A program made the translations under genes and the position numbers. Positions 35,624 to 46,615 of a stretch of DNA of 50,067 bases are shown in pieces. Every line of letters starts with the position of its first letter. Positions within the stretch are counted from its first letter, which is position 1. The DNA is from Chiloscyllium plagiosum. Its lineage: Eukaryota. The stretch lies in assembly GCF_004010195.1 (NCBI RefSeq), contig NC_057754.1, forward strand, positions 3,381,527 to 3,431,593, read 5' to 3'. The notes beneath the pieces are model-generated. The model was not told the origin of the DNA and ran no database searches. It saw only the letters and a list, made by a program, of their open reading frames with translations.

Positions 35624-37036
35624 CTCAGGGTGACCTGTCCTCACGGTGACCTGTCATCATGCTGATCTGTCATCACGGTGGCATGTCCTCACGGTGACCT
35701 GTCCTCAGGGTGACCTGTCCTCATGGTGACCTGTCATCACGGTGACATGCCCTCACAGTGACCTGTCATCATGGTGACCTGTCCTCACGGTGACCTGTCA
35801 TCATGGTGACCTGTCATTACGGTGACCTGACCTCACGGTGAACTGTCATCAGGGTGACCTGTCCTCACAGTGACCTGACCTCACAGTGACTTGTCATCAC
35901 AGTGACCTGACCTCACGGTGACCTGCCCTCACAGTGACCTGACCTCACGGTGACCTGACCTCACGGTGATTTGCCCTCACAGTGATCTGTCCTCACAGTG
36001 ACCTGACCTCACGGTGACCTGTCATCACAGTGACCTGACCTCACGGTGACCTGTTCTCACAGTGACCTGTCTTCACAGTAACCTGTCCTCACAGTGACCT
36101 GACCTCACAGTGATCTTTCCTCACAGTGACCTGACCTCACGGTGACCTGTCTTCACAGTGACCTGACCTCATGGTGACCTGCCCTCACAGTGACCTGTCC
36201 TCACAGTGACCTGACCTCACGGTGACCTGTCATCACAGTGACCTGACCTCACAGTGACCTGACCACACGGTGACCTGTTCTCACAGTGACCTGTCCTCAC
36301 AGTGACCTGACCTCACAGTGACCTGTCCTCACGGTGACCTGACCTCACGGTGACCTGTCATCATGGTGACCTGACCTCACGGTGACCTGCCCTCACAGTG
36401 ACCTGTCATCACAGTGACCTGACCTCACGGTGACCTGTCTTCACGGTGACCTGACTTCACGGTGACCTGTTCTCACAGTGACCTGTCCTCACAGTGACCT
36501 GACCTCACAGTGACCTGTCCTCACAGTGACCTGACCTCACGGTGACCTGTCATCATGGTGACCTGACCTCACAGTGATCTGACCTCACGGTGACCTGCCA
36601 TCACAGTGACCTGGCCTCATGGTGACCTGTCCTCACCGTGACCTGACTTCACGGTGATCTGTCCTGACGGTGACCTGACCTCAGGGTGACCTGTCCTGAC
36701 TGTGACCTGACCTTACGGTGACCTGTCCTCAGTGACCTGACCTCACGGTGACCTGTCATCACGGTGGCCTGTCCTCACAGTGACCTGTCCTCACGGTGAC
36801 CTGACCTCACGGTGACCTGTCATCATGGTGACCTGACCTCACAGTGATCTGACCTCACGGTGACCTGCCATCACAGTGACCTGGCCTCATGGTGACCTGT
36901 CCTCACCGTGACCTGACTTCACGGTGATCTGTCCTGACGGTGACCTGACCTCAGGGTGACCTGTCCTGACTGTGACCTGACCTTACGGTGACCTGTCCTC
37001 AGTGACCTGACCTCACGGTGACCTGTCTTCACGCTG
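35624..37036. repeat. 16-bp minisatellite (tcacRgtgacctgWcc), about 88 copies
   Basis: Direct reading. Includes a block of about 230 bp duplicated at 270-bp spacing (36551 vs 36821). Confidence 0.97.
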
Positions 37037-37111
37037 ACTTATCTTTATGGAGTACGTCACAGGATTTGCCACTTGCTGAAGACTTCCATGTTAATCAGGT
37101 TCTCACAGTTG

Positions 37112-37455
37112 CAGTGTCGAGTGGGCTTTACTCTGTATCCGCCCTGTGTTGTCTCTGTCCTGGGAGTGTTTATTGGGATCAGTGTAGAGGGAGCTTTACT
37201 CTGCATCCGCCCTGTGCTGTCCCTGTCCTGGGAGTGTTTTTTGGGATCAGTGTAGAGGGAGCTTTACTCTATCTGCCCTGTGTTGTCCCTGTCCTGGGAG
37301 TTTTTTGGGATCAGTGTAGAGGGAGCTTTATTCTATCTGCCCTGTGATGTCCCTGTCCTGGATGTACTTACTGGGATCAGTGTAGAGGGAGCTTTACTCT
37401 GTATCCGCCCTGTGCAGTCCCTGTCCTGGGAGTGTTTAGTAGGATCAGTGTAGAT
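37112..37455 (+). repeat. About 65-70-bp satellite, about 5 copies; same family as 48905-49367
   Basis: Unit cagtgtagagggagctttactctgtatccgccctgtgctgtccctgtcctgggagtgttt. Confidence 0.9.
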
Positions 37456-37662
37456 CAAGTTTGACACTCATTTTAAAAGTGCAGAGATGCTTTTCTCTGT
37501 ACCTAACCCCATATTGTCCCCATCCTGGGAATGCTCGATGACCAATTACCTTTGCTCTGTATTTAACCCCGGGTTGTATGTCCAGGGAATATTTGACCTG
37601 CCAATTTAAAAGAAGTTTTGGATACCCTTTAAATATAAACTCTTATTTCCAGAAGCTGTTTA

Positions 37663-38760
37663 TAGAGTCATACAATAGGAAACAGGCCATTTGACCCAAC
37701 TTATCCATGCTGACTGGGTGTCCTAAACTAAACTAGTCCCATTTGCATGTGTTTACCCATATCCTTATAATCCTTTCCTACTAATGTACCTATCCAAATG
37801 TCTTTTGACTGTTGTAATTGTACCTGCCTCCACCACTTCCTTTGGTAGCTCTTTCCATATATGCATCCTCCTCTGTGTAAAATGTTGCCCCTCAGGTCCC
37901 TTTTAAATCTTTCCCTCCAACCTTAAACCTATGCTCTCTAACTTTGAACTCCCCTACCCTAGGGAAAAGTCCTTGGCTATTCACTCTATCCATGCCCCTC
38001 ATGATTTTATAAACCTCAATAAGGTCACCCTTCAGCCTTCTAAACTCTATTGACAAACATCCCAGCCTCTCCTTATAACTCAAGCCTTCAAGTCACAGCA
38101 ACATCCTTGTATATCTTCTTTGCACCTTTTAATAACATCCTTCCTATAGGAGGGTGACCAAAATTGTACGCAGTGCTCCAAATGTGGTCTTACTAATGTA
38201 CAGCCACAACATAATAGCCCAACTCCTGTACTCAGTGCCCTGACCAATGAAGGTGAGCGTACCAAATGCGGTCTTCACCGCTCCGTCTACCCGTGACACC
38301 ACTTTCAAGGAGCTATATACCTGAACCCTTAGGTCTCTCTGTTCAACAATACTGTAATTAACTGTGTAAGTCATCCCAAACTGCCACACCTTGCATTTAT
38401 CTGCATTATATTGTCTGCCATTCTTCAGCCCACTGGCCCAGTTGGTCAAGATCCCGTTGTACTCTGAGATGACCTTCTTCACTGTCCATCATACCACCAA
38501 TCTTGGTGTCATCCGCAAACTTACTAACCACGCCTCCTATCTTGTCATCCAAACCGTTTGTGGAAATGAGGAAAATCAGTGGGACCCAGCACTGATCCCT
38601 GCGGCATGATGCTGGTCACAGGGCTCCAGTATGAAAAGCAACCCTCTACCATCACCTTCTGTCACCTCGCGTCAAGCCAATTTTGTAACCAATTCACAAG
38701 CTGTCCCTGGATTCCACGTGACCTAACATTTCTAACCTTGTCGAAGGCTTTGCTAAAATC
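37663..38760 (-). mobile_element. CR1/HER1-like LINE 3' fragment (about 1.1 kb) with RT C-terminus
   Basis: Minus strand encodes KFADDTKIGG (about 38495-38522), LVRPHLEHCVQFWSP and RRLKGDLIEVYKIMRG. Confidence 0.9.
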
Positions 38761-39574
38761 GGTGCAGTCAGTGAATGATTATAGAATCTGTCGGCTGCAA
38801 CTGCAAAGGACCTCTCTTTCGACACTTCCTTTCAAAGCTCACCAACGGCTTCAAAGGAAGAAGCAGTTGCATTTCTGTCGTGCCTTTCACACCTCAAAGC
38901 CATGGTCATTGAAGTATTTTGAAGGTGTGGCCAATATTGTCGTTACAGGAAATGATCTGTACCAGTCAGTTCCCACAAACAAGGATGTGATAAACAATCA
39001 GATCATCTATTCCTTTCGTACGTTCTGATCAGAAGTCATTGATCTGAAATTTTAATTCTGCTTTCTCTCTCTCACCGTCCTGAATGCTGTGTATTTCCAG
39101 CGTTTTCTGCTTTGTTTCAGATTTCCAGCTTTTGTACTATTTTGCTTTTATTTTAGTCCTGTTGTTTGAGGCCTGAACTGCAAGGGGATTACACTGGTTT
39201 CCTTAAAGTTGGCATCTTGAGAGGGTGGGGAAGGGCCTCTGTTTAATGTCTCATCTGATAGATGTTACTTCCAGCATCGTAGCACTGGTCTGGACGCCAG
39301 TGCTCCAGACTCTGGAGTGGGGGAGAGCGAAGTTTGGGTGACAATGTGTGTTGTCCTTTGCAACACCAAAATCCCAGGGTGGTTAACAATTCACACAGAA
39401 ATACTGAAGCAGTCCATCGCACTCTGGCACTGTACCCTATGGTTCTGAGATGATCATTCTGATATTTTGTTAGTCTCTACACCAATCTGAACACTATATC
39501 AAGGAACCAAAGGTCTGGCTCCTACACCAGTGAACATCCTGGCTGTTTCTCCCTACACCAACTCGCTTGGTCTC

Positions 39575-39670
39575 GACTTGAGTCAGAAGGTTGTGATTTC
39601 AAGCCACACTCCAGAGACTTGAGAATGATGCCAATACCAATGATGCAAACTGTTTAAACATGATTACTAC
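39575..39670 (+). mobile_element. Old Deu-domain-type SINE head fragment leading into the 33-bp array
   Basis: gagtcagaaggttgtgatttcaagccacactccagagacttgag resembles the recalled tRNA-like head of shark DeuSINE (SacSINE1). Confidence 0.5.
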
Positions 39671-40992
39671 GGAAGCGCCGCACTGTCAGAGGGTCAGTGC
39701 TGAGGGAATGCTACACCATCAGAGGGCCAGTGCTGAGAGAGTGCTGCACTGTCAGAGGGTCAGTGCTGAGGGAGCACTGCACTGTCGGAGGGTCAGTGCT
39801 GAGGGATCGCTGCACTGTCAGAGGATCAGTGCTGAGGGAGCAGGCACTGTCGGAAGGTCAGCGCTGAGGGAGCAGGCACTGTCAGAGGGTCAGTGCTGAG
39901 GGAGCAGGCAGTGTCGGAGGGTCAGCGCAGAGGGAGCGCCATACAGTCAGAGGGTGTTTGCTGAGGGAGCGCCACACTGTCAGAGGGTCATTGCTGAGGG
40001 AGTGCTGCCCTGTTGGAGGGTCAGTGCTGAGGGAGTGCCGCACTTTCGGAGGGTCAGTGCTGAGGCACCGCTGCCCTGTCAGAGTGTCAGTGCTGAGGGA
40101 GTGCTGCACTGTCAGAGGGTCAGCGCTGAGGGAGTGCCACACTGTCGGAGGGTCAGTGCTGAGGGTGTGCCGCACTGTCGGAGGGTCAGCGCTGAGGGAG
40201 TGCCACACTGTCGGAGGGTCAGTGCTGAGGGTGTGCCGCACTGTCGGAGGTTCAGTGCTGAGGGTGTGCCGCACTGTCAGAGGGTCAGTGCTGAGGGATT
40301 GCTGCACTGTCAGAGGGTCAGTGCTGTGGGAGTGCTGCACTGTCGGAGGGTCAGCGCAGAGGGACCACCGCACTTTCGGAGGGTCAGCGCTGAGGGGGCA
40401 GGCACTATTAGGGTCAGTGCTGAAGGGAGCATCACTGCATAAAAGGGTCAGTGCCGAGGGAACGCCACACTGTCAGAGGGTCATTGCTGAGGGAGCGTGG
40501 CACTGTCAGAGGGTCATTGCTGAGGGAGCACTGTACAGTCAGAGGGTCTTTGCTGAGGGAGTGCCACATTGTTGGAGGGTCAGCGCCGAGGGAGTGCCGC
40601 ACTGTCGGAGCGTCAGTGCAGAGGGAGCGCCGCACTGTCGGAGGGTCAGCGCTGAGGGAGCAGGCACTATCAGGGTCAGTGCTGAGTGATCATTGCACTG
40701 TTGGAGGGTCAGTGCTGATGGTGTGGACACTCTCAGGTCAGTGCTGAGGGGGCAGGCACTGTTGAAGAGTGAGTGCTGAGGGAGCACCGCACTGTCGTAG
40801 GGTCAGCGCTGAGGGAGCAGGCATTATCAGGGTCAGTGCTGAAGGGAGCATCACTGTGTGAAAGGTCAGTACTGAGGGAATGCCACACTCAGAGGGTCAT
40901 TGCTGAGGGAGCATGGCACTGTCAGAGGGTCATTGCTGAGGGAGTGCCGCACTGTCAGAAGGTCAGTGCTGAGGGAGTGCCGCACTGTCGGA
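39670..40992 (+). repeat. 33-bp minisatellite, about 40 copies
   Basis: Unit gagggtcagtgctgagggagtgccgcactgtcg, which produces spurious 11-aa repeat ORFs. Confidence 0.96.
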
Positions 40993-40999
40993 AATGTCA

Positions 41000-41317
41000 T
41001 TAGATTACTTACAGTGTGGAAACAGGCCCTTCAGCCCAACAAGACCACACCGACCCGCCGAAGCGCAACCCACCCATACCCCTACGTTTACCCCTTACCT
41101 AACACTACGGGCAATTTAGCATGGCCAATTCACCTGACCTGCACATCTTTGGACTGTGGGAGGAAACCGGAGCACCCGGAGGAAACCCACGCATGACACG
41201 GGGAGAATGTGCAAACTCCACACAGTCAGTCGCCTGAGACGGGAATTGAACCCGGGTCAACCCGGGTCTCTGGCGCTGTGAGGCAGCAGTGCTAACCACT
41301 GTACCACCGTGCCGCCC
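41000..41317 (-). mobile_element. HE1-like V-SINE
   Basis: Same family as 8211-8516, with a small internal duplication aacccgggtc x2. Confidence 0.9.
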
Positions 41318-43170
41318 ACAAAACAGGGTGAATCTTTCACAAGGCATGAATCTGAGACCTCATCTGCTTTCTCCAATGGCTGCAATAGGAAGAACATCAG
41401 GCGGGAAGTGTATCCAGTGTTGTGGAGCCAACATTCATTGCTCACAGCAATATCGTTGAAAAATTCAAGGGTCTAGGTCATTATGACCTTTCTGTTTGTG
41501 AGAGGTTGCCTTCCTCAAATTAGCTGCTGCCTTCCCTACAGTATGACACACAATTGGCTGCAAGATGTTTTGGTGGTCAAACCTGCTGTGATTGTGTGTG
41601 TGTTACTCACTCTGCCTTATGGGCTTAAATTTCCCTCCTCTTTCACACTCACTTCATCACAAGTTCCCTATTACCTGCTGAATGTGGATGCTAGCGTTTT
41701 TGTGATTCTTGCATAAAGACTCCCAAATCTCTCTGTGCTTTGGCTTTCTGCAGTCTTTCACCATTTAAATTATGTTGAAACTCCCCCTGCTCCCCCCTTC
41801 CACTCCTCTTCCATTGGTCTCCTGGCTTCTTCCCCTATACAGGGCTCAGAATGAGACCGGATTTAGCTTTGATGTACCCCCATGGTTGAAAGTACACAGC
41901 AGGCAGGAGCAGAAGGCATAAGAGTGAAGCCACAGCTTGTATGGACTGAACCTCCCCAAGCACTCAGACCCTTCAGAGGGGTAATGGCATATCAGTTATT
42001 TCTCGCTTCCGAAGATTCACCCTGTTTTGTAAGACGTTCGCCCTGTTTGACTGAGACAGTCACAGACACTTCGGATACACAAACTGTACCTGCCCAACCA
42101 CATAAATATTGTGGGCTGGGAATCCATCAGTAAACACTTCACCCCCCTGTCTCCCCAAAGCCTGTCCACCACCCAGGAGTGCGATGGAATACTCCCTGAG
42201 TCCCAGCAGTTCCTACAACACTCAAGGAGCAGGAGGAAGCAGGGTGCCTAACTTGGCACCACATCCGCAAACACTCACTCCCTCCACCATTGACGATGAG
42301 TGGGAGCAGTGTGTGGACCATCTACAAGATGCACTGCAGAAATTCTCTAAGGCTCCTTCACACTCACAACCCCATCATAGAAAAGACAAGAGCAGCAGAT
42401 GCATGGGAACACCATCCCCCTGCAAGGTCTATCCTTCTTTGGGAAATATTTTATCATTCCTTCATTGTCACTGGGTAAAAATCCTGGAACTCCTTCATTA
42501 ACGGCACTGGGTGGGTGTCCCTACAGCACATAGGCTGCAGCGGTTCTGGAAGGCAGCTCACCATTACCTTCTCAGGGGACAAGAAGGGATGGACAATATA
42601 TGCTGGCCTCACCATATGCTGTGAATGAAGTTTACAAATCATGGACCTGGTTACCGGGGTGGAAAAGAGATTGTATCCCCATTTGGCTAACTCCCAGAGA
42701 CAAGTGTCCAGTTTGTAGGCACCACTCATCCCTCAGCAACAGAAGGCCTTGTGTTTTCAAGCTCCACTTTGGAGACATGAGCTCAAAATGTCAGATTGAC
42801 ACTCCCAAAGCTGGGGCTGAAGGGGAGTAGCAGTATCAAAGATGTCATGCTTTCAGTCCCAGAACTGTTAGAGTGCCAGGGAATCCCATCATGGCTCTGC
42901 AAATGAGCATCTTGACTTAGAGCCATAGTCCTGCCCTTCCTCCCTAATTCTGCCTCTTGTTCCAATTGAAATAACCATCTGGAATGATTGAACCTGGCTC
43001 TACCACACTTTACGGCAGAGCAATCCTCACTGGGACCACTCACTGTGTGATGAGGGTTCTCTTTTACCCCACTCAACACATGTTTGCTTCTTTCACAAAC
43101 CACTTTAGATCTGTGCCCTTTTGTACCCATTTTGTTTCCAAGTGGGAACAGTTGTTCCCTATCTACTCTG

Positions 43171-43380
43171 GGGAGAAAGTGAGGTCTGCAGATGCTGGAG
43201 ATCAAAGTTGAAACTTTATTGCTGGAACAGCACAGCAGGTCAGGCAGCATCCAGGGAACAGGAGATTCGACGTTTCGGGCACAGGCCCTTCCTGAGGAAG
43301 GGCCTGTGCCCGAAACGTCGAATCTCCTGTTCCCTGGATGCTGCCTGACCTGCTGTGCTGTTCCAGCAATAAAGTTTCAA
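43171..43380. mobile_element. Young fold-back Penelope-related element with a perfect 87-bp inverted repeat
   Basis: Perfect 14-bp TSD ccctatctactctg at 43157-43170 and 43381-43394. Arms 43207-43293 and 43295-43381 surround a single G at 43294. Confidence 0.93.
43289..43322 (+). ncRNA. Intact minimal (type I) hammerhead ribozyme motif
   Basis: ttc-CTGAGGA-a-gggc ctgt gccc-GAAA-c-GTC-gaa. Stem I is ttc/gaa, stem II is gggc/gccc, and the ACGT stem III is palindromic. Predicted cleavage is after C43319. Confidence 0.8.
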
Positions 43381-43649
43381 CCCTATCTACTCTGCCCCAG
43401 CCTCGCTCAGTTTTTGAAAACTTCACTTGAAACTCCTCAGGTTCCTTCTGTCTGAAGAGAACCATCCCAGGTTCTTCAATCTATCCCGATCTCTGAAGTT
43501 TCTCAATCCTGGAATCATTCTTTCCAATGTACACGATACTTCAGCTGAGGTCTAACCAGTGTCCCGGACTGGTTCAGCACCAGCTCCTCACTCTTGTACT
43601 CTCTTCCTGAAGCCTGGAATTGTGATTGCACTCTCCAGCTAATCTGTGA

Positions 43650-44748
43650 AGTCGTCTTGAAGATGGAGTCACAGGTAGACAGGGCAGTGCCTTGAATGTA
43701 GGAGTTGGGAGGTCATATCACGGCTGTACAGAACATCGGTGAAGCCACTGCATTCAGTTCTGGTGTCCCTGCTATAGGACAGATGTTGTGAAACTTGAAA
43801 GGGTTCAGGAAAGATCTGCAAGGATGTTGCCAGGGTTGGAGGATTTGAGCTACAGGGAGAGGCTGAATAGGCTGGGGCTGTTTTCCCTGGAGGCTGAGGG
43901 GTGACCTTGTAGGGGTTTATAAAATCATGAGGGGCTTGGGTGGGGTGAATGGGCAAGTTTTGTTCTCCGGGGTGTGGGAGTCCAAAACTATAGCAGATTG
44001 TTATTAAACTGGAAAAAGTGTAGAAGAAATTTACAAGGATGTTGCCAGGATTCAAGGGCCTGAGTTATAGGGAGAGGTTGGACAAGCTAGGATATTTTTC
44101 TCTAGAGCGTGGGAGACTGAGAGGGAATCTTATAGAAGTGTATAAGATCATGAGAGGCAGGGACAGGGTGAATACACATTCTTTTTTCCAGGATTGGGGA
44201 ATCAAGGACTGAAGGGCATCAGTTTAAGGTGAGAGGGGAAAGAATAAAAGGGAACCTGAGGGGCAACTTTTTTTACACAGAGGGGGGGGACGCATATGGA
44301 ATGAGCTGCCAGTGGAAGTGGTTAAGGCGGGTACATTAACAACATTTAAAAGGCATTTGGACAAATACATGGATAGGAAAGGTTTAGAAGGATAAGGGGC
44401 TATAGCAGGGAAATGGGGGTTAGCATGGATGGACGTTTTGGTCAGCATGGACAAGTTTGGGTGGAAGGGTCTGTCTCCGTGCTATGACTCTAGAGGGCAT
44501 AGGTTTAGGGTGAGAGGGGAAAGATTTAAAAGGGACTTGGGCAACTTTTTCACACAGAGGGTGGTATGTGTATGGAATGAGCTGCCAGAGGAAGTGGTGG
44601 AGGCTGGTACAATTCAGAAGGCATCTGGATGGGTATATGAATAGGAAGGGTTTAGAGGCATATGGACCAAATGCTGGCAAATGGAACTAGATTAATGTAG
44701 GATATCTGACCAGCATGGACGAAGGGTCTGTTTCCGTGCTGTACAGTT
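43650..44748 (+). mobile_element. Nested CR1/HER1-like LINE 3' fragments
   Basis: The outer copy is interrupted at about 43992 and resumes at about 44491 (tagagggcataggtttagg). The inner copy ends in its own tail, ctatgactc. Confidence 0.85.
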
Positions 44749-44799
44749 CCACGTTTTTTTTGTGAATGACCGACCAAACCAGGCCAGTGTACCCTCTCA

Positions 44800-44905
44800 G
44801 ACACAAAAACAGAAGTGGCTGGAAAAGCTCCGCAGGTCTGGCAGCATCTATGGAGAGAAATCAGGGTTAATGTTTCGGGTCTGGTGATCCCCTTCCTCAG
44901 AACTG
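44800..44905 (-). mobile_element. Short element of a related hammerhead-bearing family
   Basis: Minus strand reads tt-CTGAGGA-aggggatcaccagaccc-GAAA-cATT-aa, flanked by a short direct repeat accctctc. Confidence 0.65.
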
Positions 44906-45635
44906 AGTACACCCTCTCTGCAAATTGCAGAGCAAGATTGGATGGGAGATCTCAGCAAAGTCCAGGGACCAATAATTATCCCTTAATCAAAAGCTGACTA
45001 GCTGTGTACCAATGACCTACAATTTCAGAAAGGAAGGAAGTTTTCTCTCTCTCTCTCTCTTTCTCCAGTGAAAGCAGACAGGTTCTGCACAAAACTGTGC
45101 CTGAATGCAGTTCAGTCCCTGGCTATTGGGCTAAGGGAGGCAGATTGAGTCCCGAGTCTGTGGATGTAATGCCAGACAGCAACGGGCAGGAAGGAGTTAA
45201 GCTGAGTCGGAATCATGTGAAGGCGGTGACAGTGCACAGAGAGAGAGAGAGAGAAAGGGAGGTGGGCGAGAATGAGGGAGAGGCTGTTTCTGAGCAGGCC
45301 ACTGAGAGTGACTGTATCCAGTGGAAGTATAGGAGCTGTCAGAGTTGTGTGAGTGCAGTGGGCGTTTGACTGGTTATCCTGCACCTCCGCTGGGGAATGC
45401 CTTTGGGATTTTTCCCGGAATCTCCCTCGACCATGTTTTTGGGGAAAGCAAGGAAGTGAACAAGGAGAGAGAGAGAGAGAGCAGTCAATTCTCTGTTTCT
45501 CCCTCTGTGACTGCCACTGGGAGAAGGGGACATGGACTCTGTAACCCAGAGCCTCGGCTGAAGGAGCACTTTGCAAAGCACCCAGCCTCTTCCCCAGCTC
45601 CCCCCCCCCCCGGGATCCGAATGATCTTTGTGAAG

Positions 45636-45707
45636 ATGGATGTAACTTCAACCCTGACAATCCTGCACTGGCTACTCGCACTGTCCCTTCGCTGGTCCTC
45701 TGCCAAG
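45636..45707 (+). CDS. VEGFB: VEGF-family gene, first coding exon (signal peptide); VEGFB by synteny
   Basis: aagATGg Kozak (alternative in-frame ATG at 45621). MDVTSTLTILHWLLALSLRWSSAK|gtaagt aligns with VEGFA exon 1 MNFLLSWVHWSLALLLYLHHAK, including the GCCAAG|gt phase-0 boundary. Gene order is NUDT22-DNAJC4-VEGF. The paralogue call rests on synteny only. Confidence 0.72.
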
Positions 45708-46084
45708 GTAAGTATTGACAAATGAGACTGGATGCTCTGAGGGGGCTTTGGTGGGAATTTCAAAAGGTTTGGACGGTGATGGGAAGGGTCCTTTCAGCCT
45801 ATTTCCCTCTTCCAACAGAAAGCCGCAGAAGTTTTCCCAACTTTGTATCAGCTCAGAGACTAGCCTCTCTCACAAGATCACTTCAATGCAGCCTCCTCTC
45901 TCTCTCTCTCTCCCCCCTTCATCCTGTGCTGCTGACAGTTAGGAGGATATCAGCTGGTGCTCTCTGAGCTGCCCCTACTGGGTTCGCCTGCCTGCAGATA
46001 GGAACCTTTCCCCTCCCCAGTACTGAAGTAAGATGTGGGCCACAACAAAGCAGATAGATTGGTGTTAGTGAGTGGTACAGTGTG

Positions 46085-46573
46085 AATGACCTGTCTGTGA
46101 CTGGGACAGTGTCTGTATGTGTGACCCTGTGTCTCTGTGACTGTGTCATTGCATCTGTATAACTGTATCTCTGACTGTCACTGTGTGAGTCTGTGTGTGT
46201 CTATAACTGTCACTGTGTGTGTCTATAACTGTCACTGTGTGAGTCTGTGTGTCTATAACTGTCACTGTGTGACCCTGTGTGTGTCTGTGACTGTCTATAA
46301 CTGTGTCTGTCTGTGCCTGTCATTGTGTCTATTCCTGTGTGTGTGTCTGTCTGTGCCTGTCATTGTGTCTGCCTGTGACTGTGACTGTTGCTCTGTGTGA
46401 CCCTGGGTATTTGTGATTGTGTATGTGACTGTGTGCACGCACCAGACTTTATGTGCGCAAATGAGGCTGTATCCCTGTAACACAATCTCACCCTGTAAAT
46501 GCTGCACTGTTAAGTCCTGAGTCTAGTTCTGGGATCTTGAGTGTCTCTGTATCTGTCGCTCTCTGTTTCTGTG

Positions 46574-46612
<39 letters not shown>

Positions 46613-46615
46613 GTC
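46085..46615. repeat. TG/CT-rich low-complexity and microsatellite tract (intron 1)
   Basis: Degenerate ctgtgtgtgt/ctataactgtcactgtgt units and (CT)n. Confidence 0.85.

Noticed and set aside
35750..36880. Many CACAGTG (RSS heptamer) matches
   Set aside because: No ACAAAAACC nonamer at 12 or 23 bp spacing, and no V, D or J segments.
30578..37036. CRISPR-like periodicity with palindromic repeats
   Set aside because: Head-to-tail units without unique spacers, in a eukaryotic context with no cas genes.
39882..40747. 160-240 aa Cys/Arg-rich repeat ORFs on both strands
   Set aside because: Produced by a 33-bp (3n) minisatellite, with no splice or homology support.
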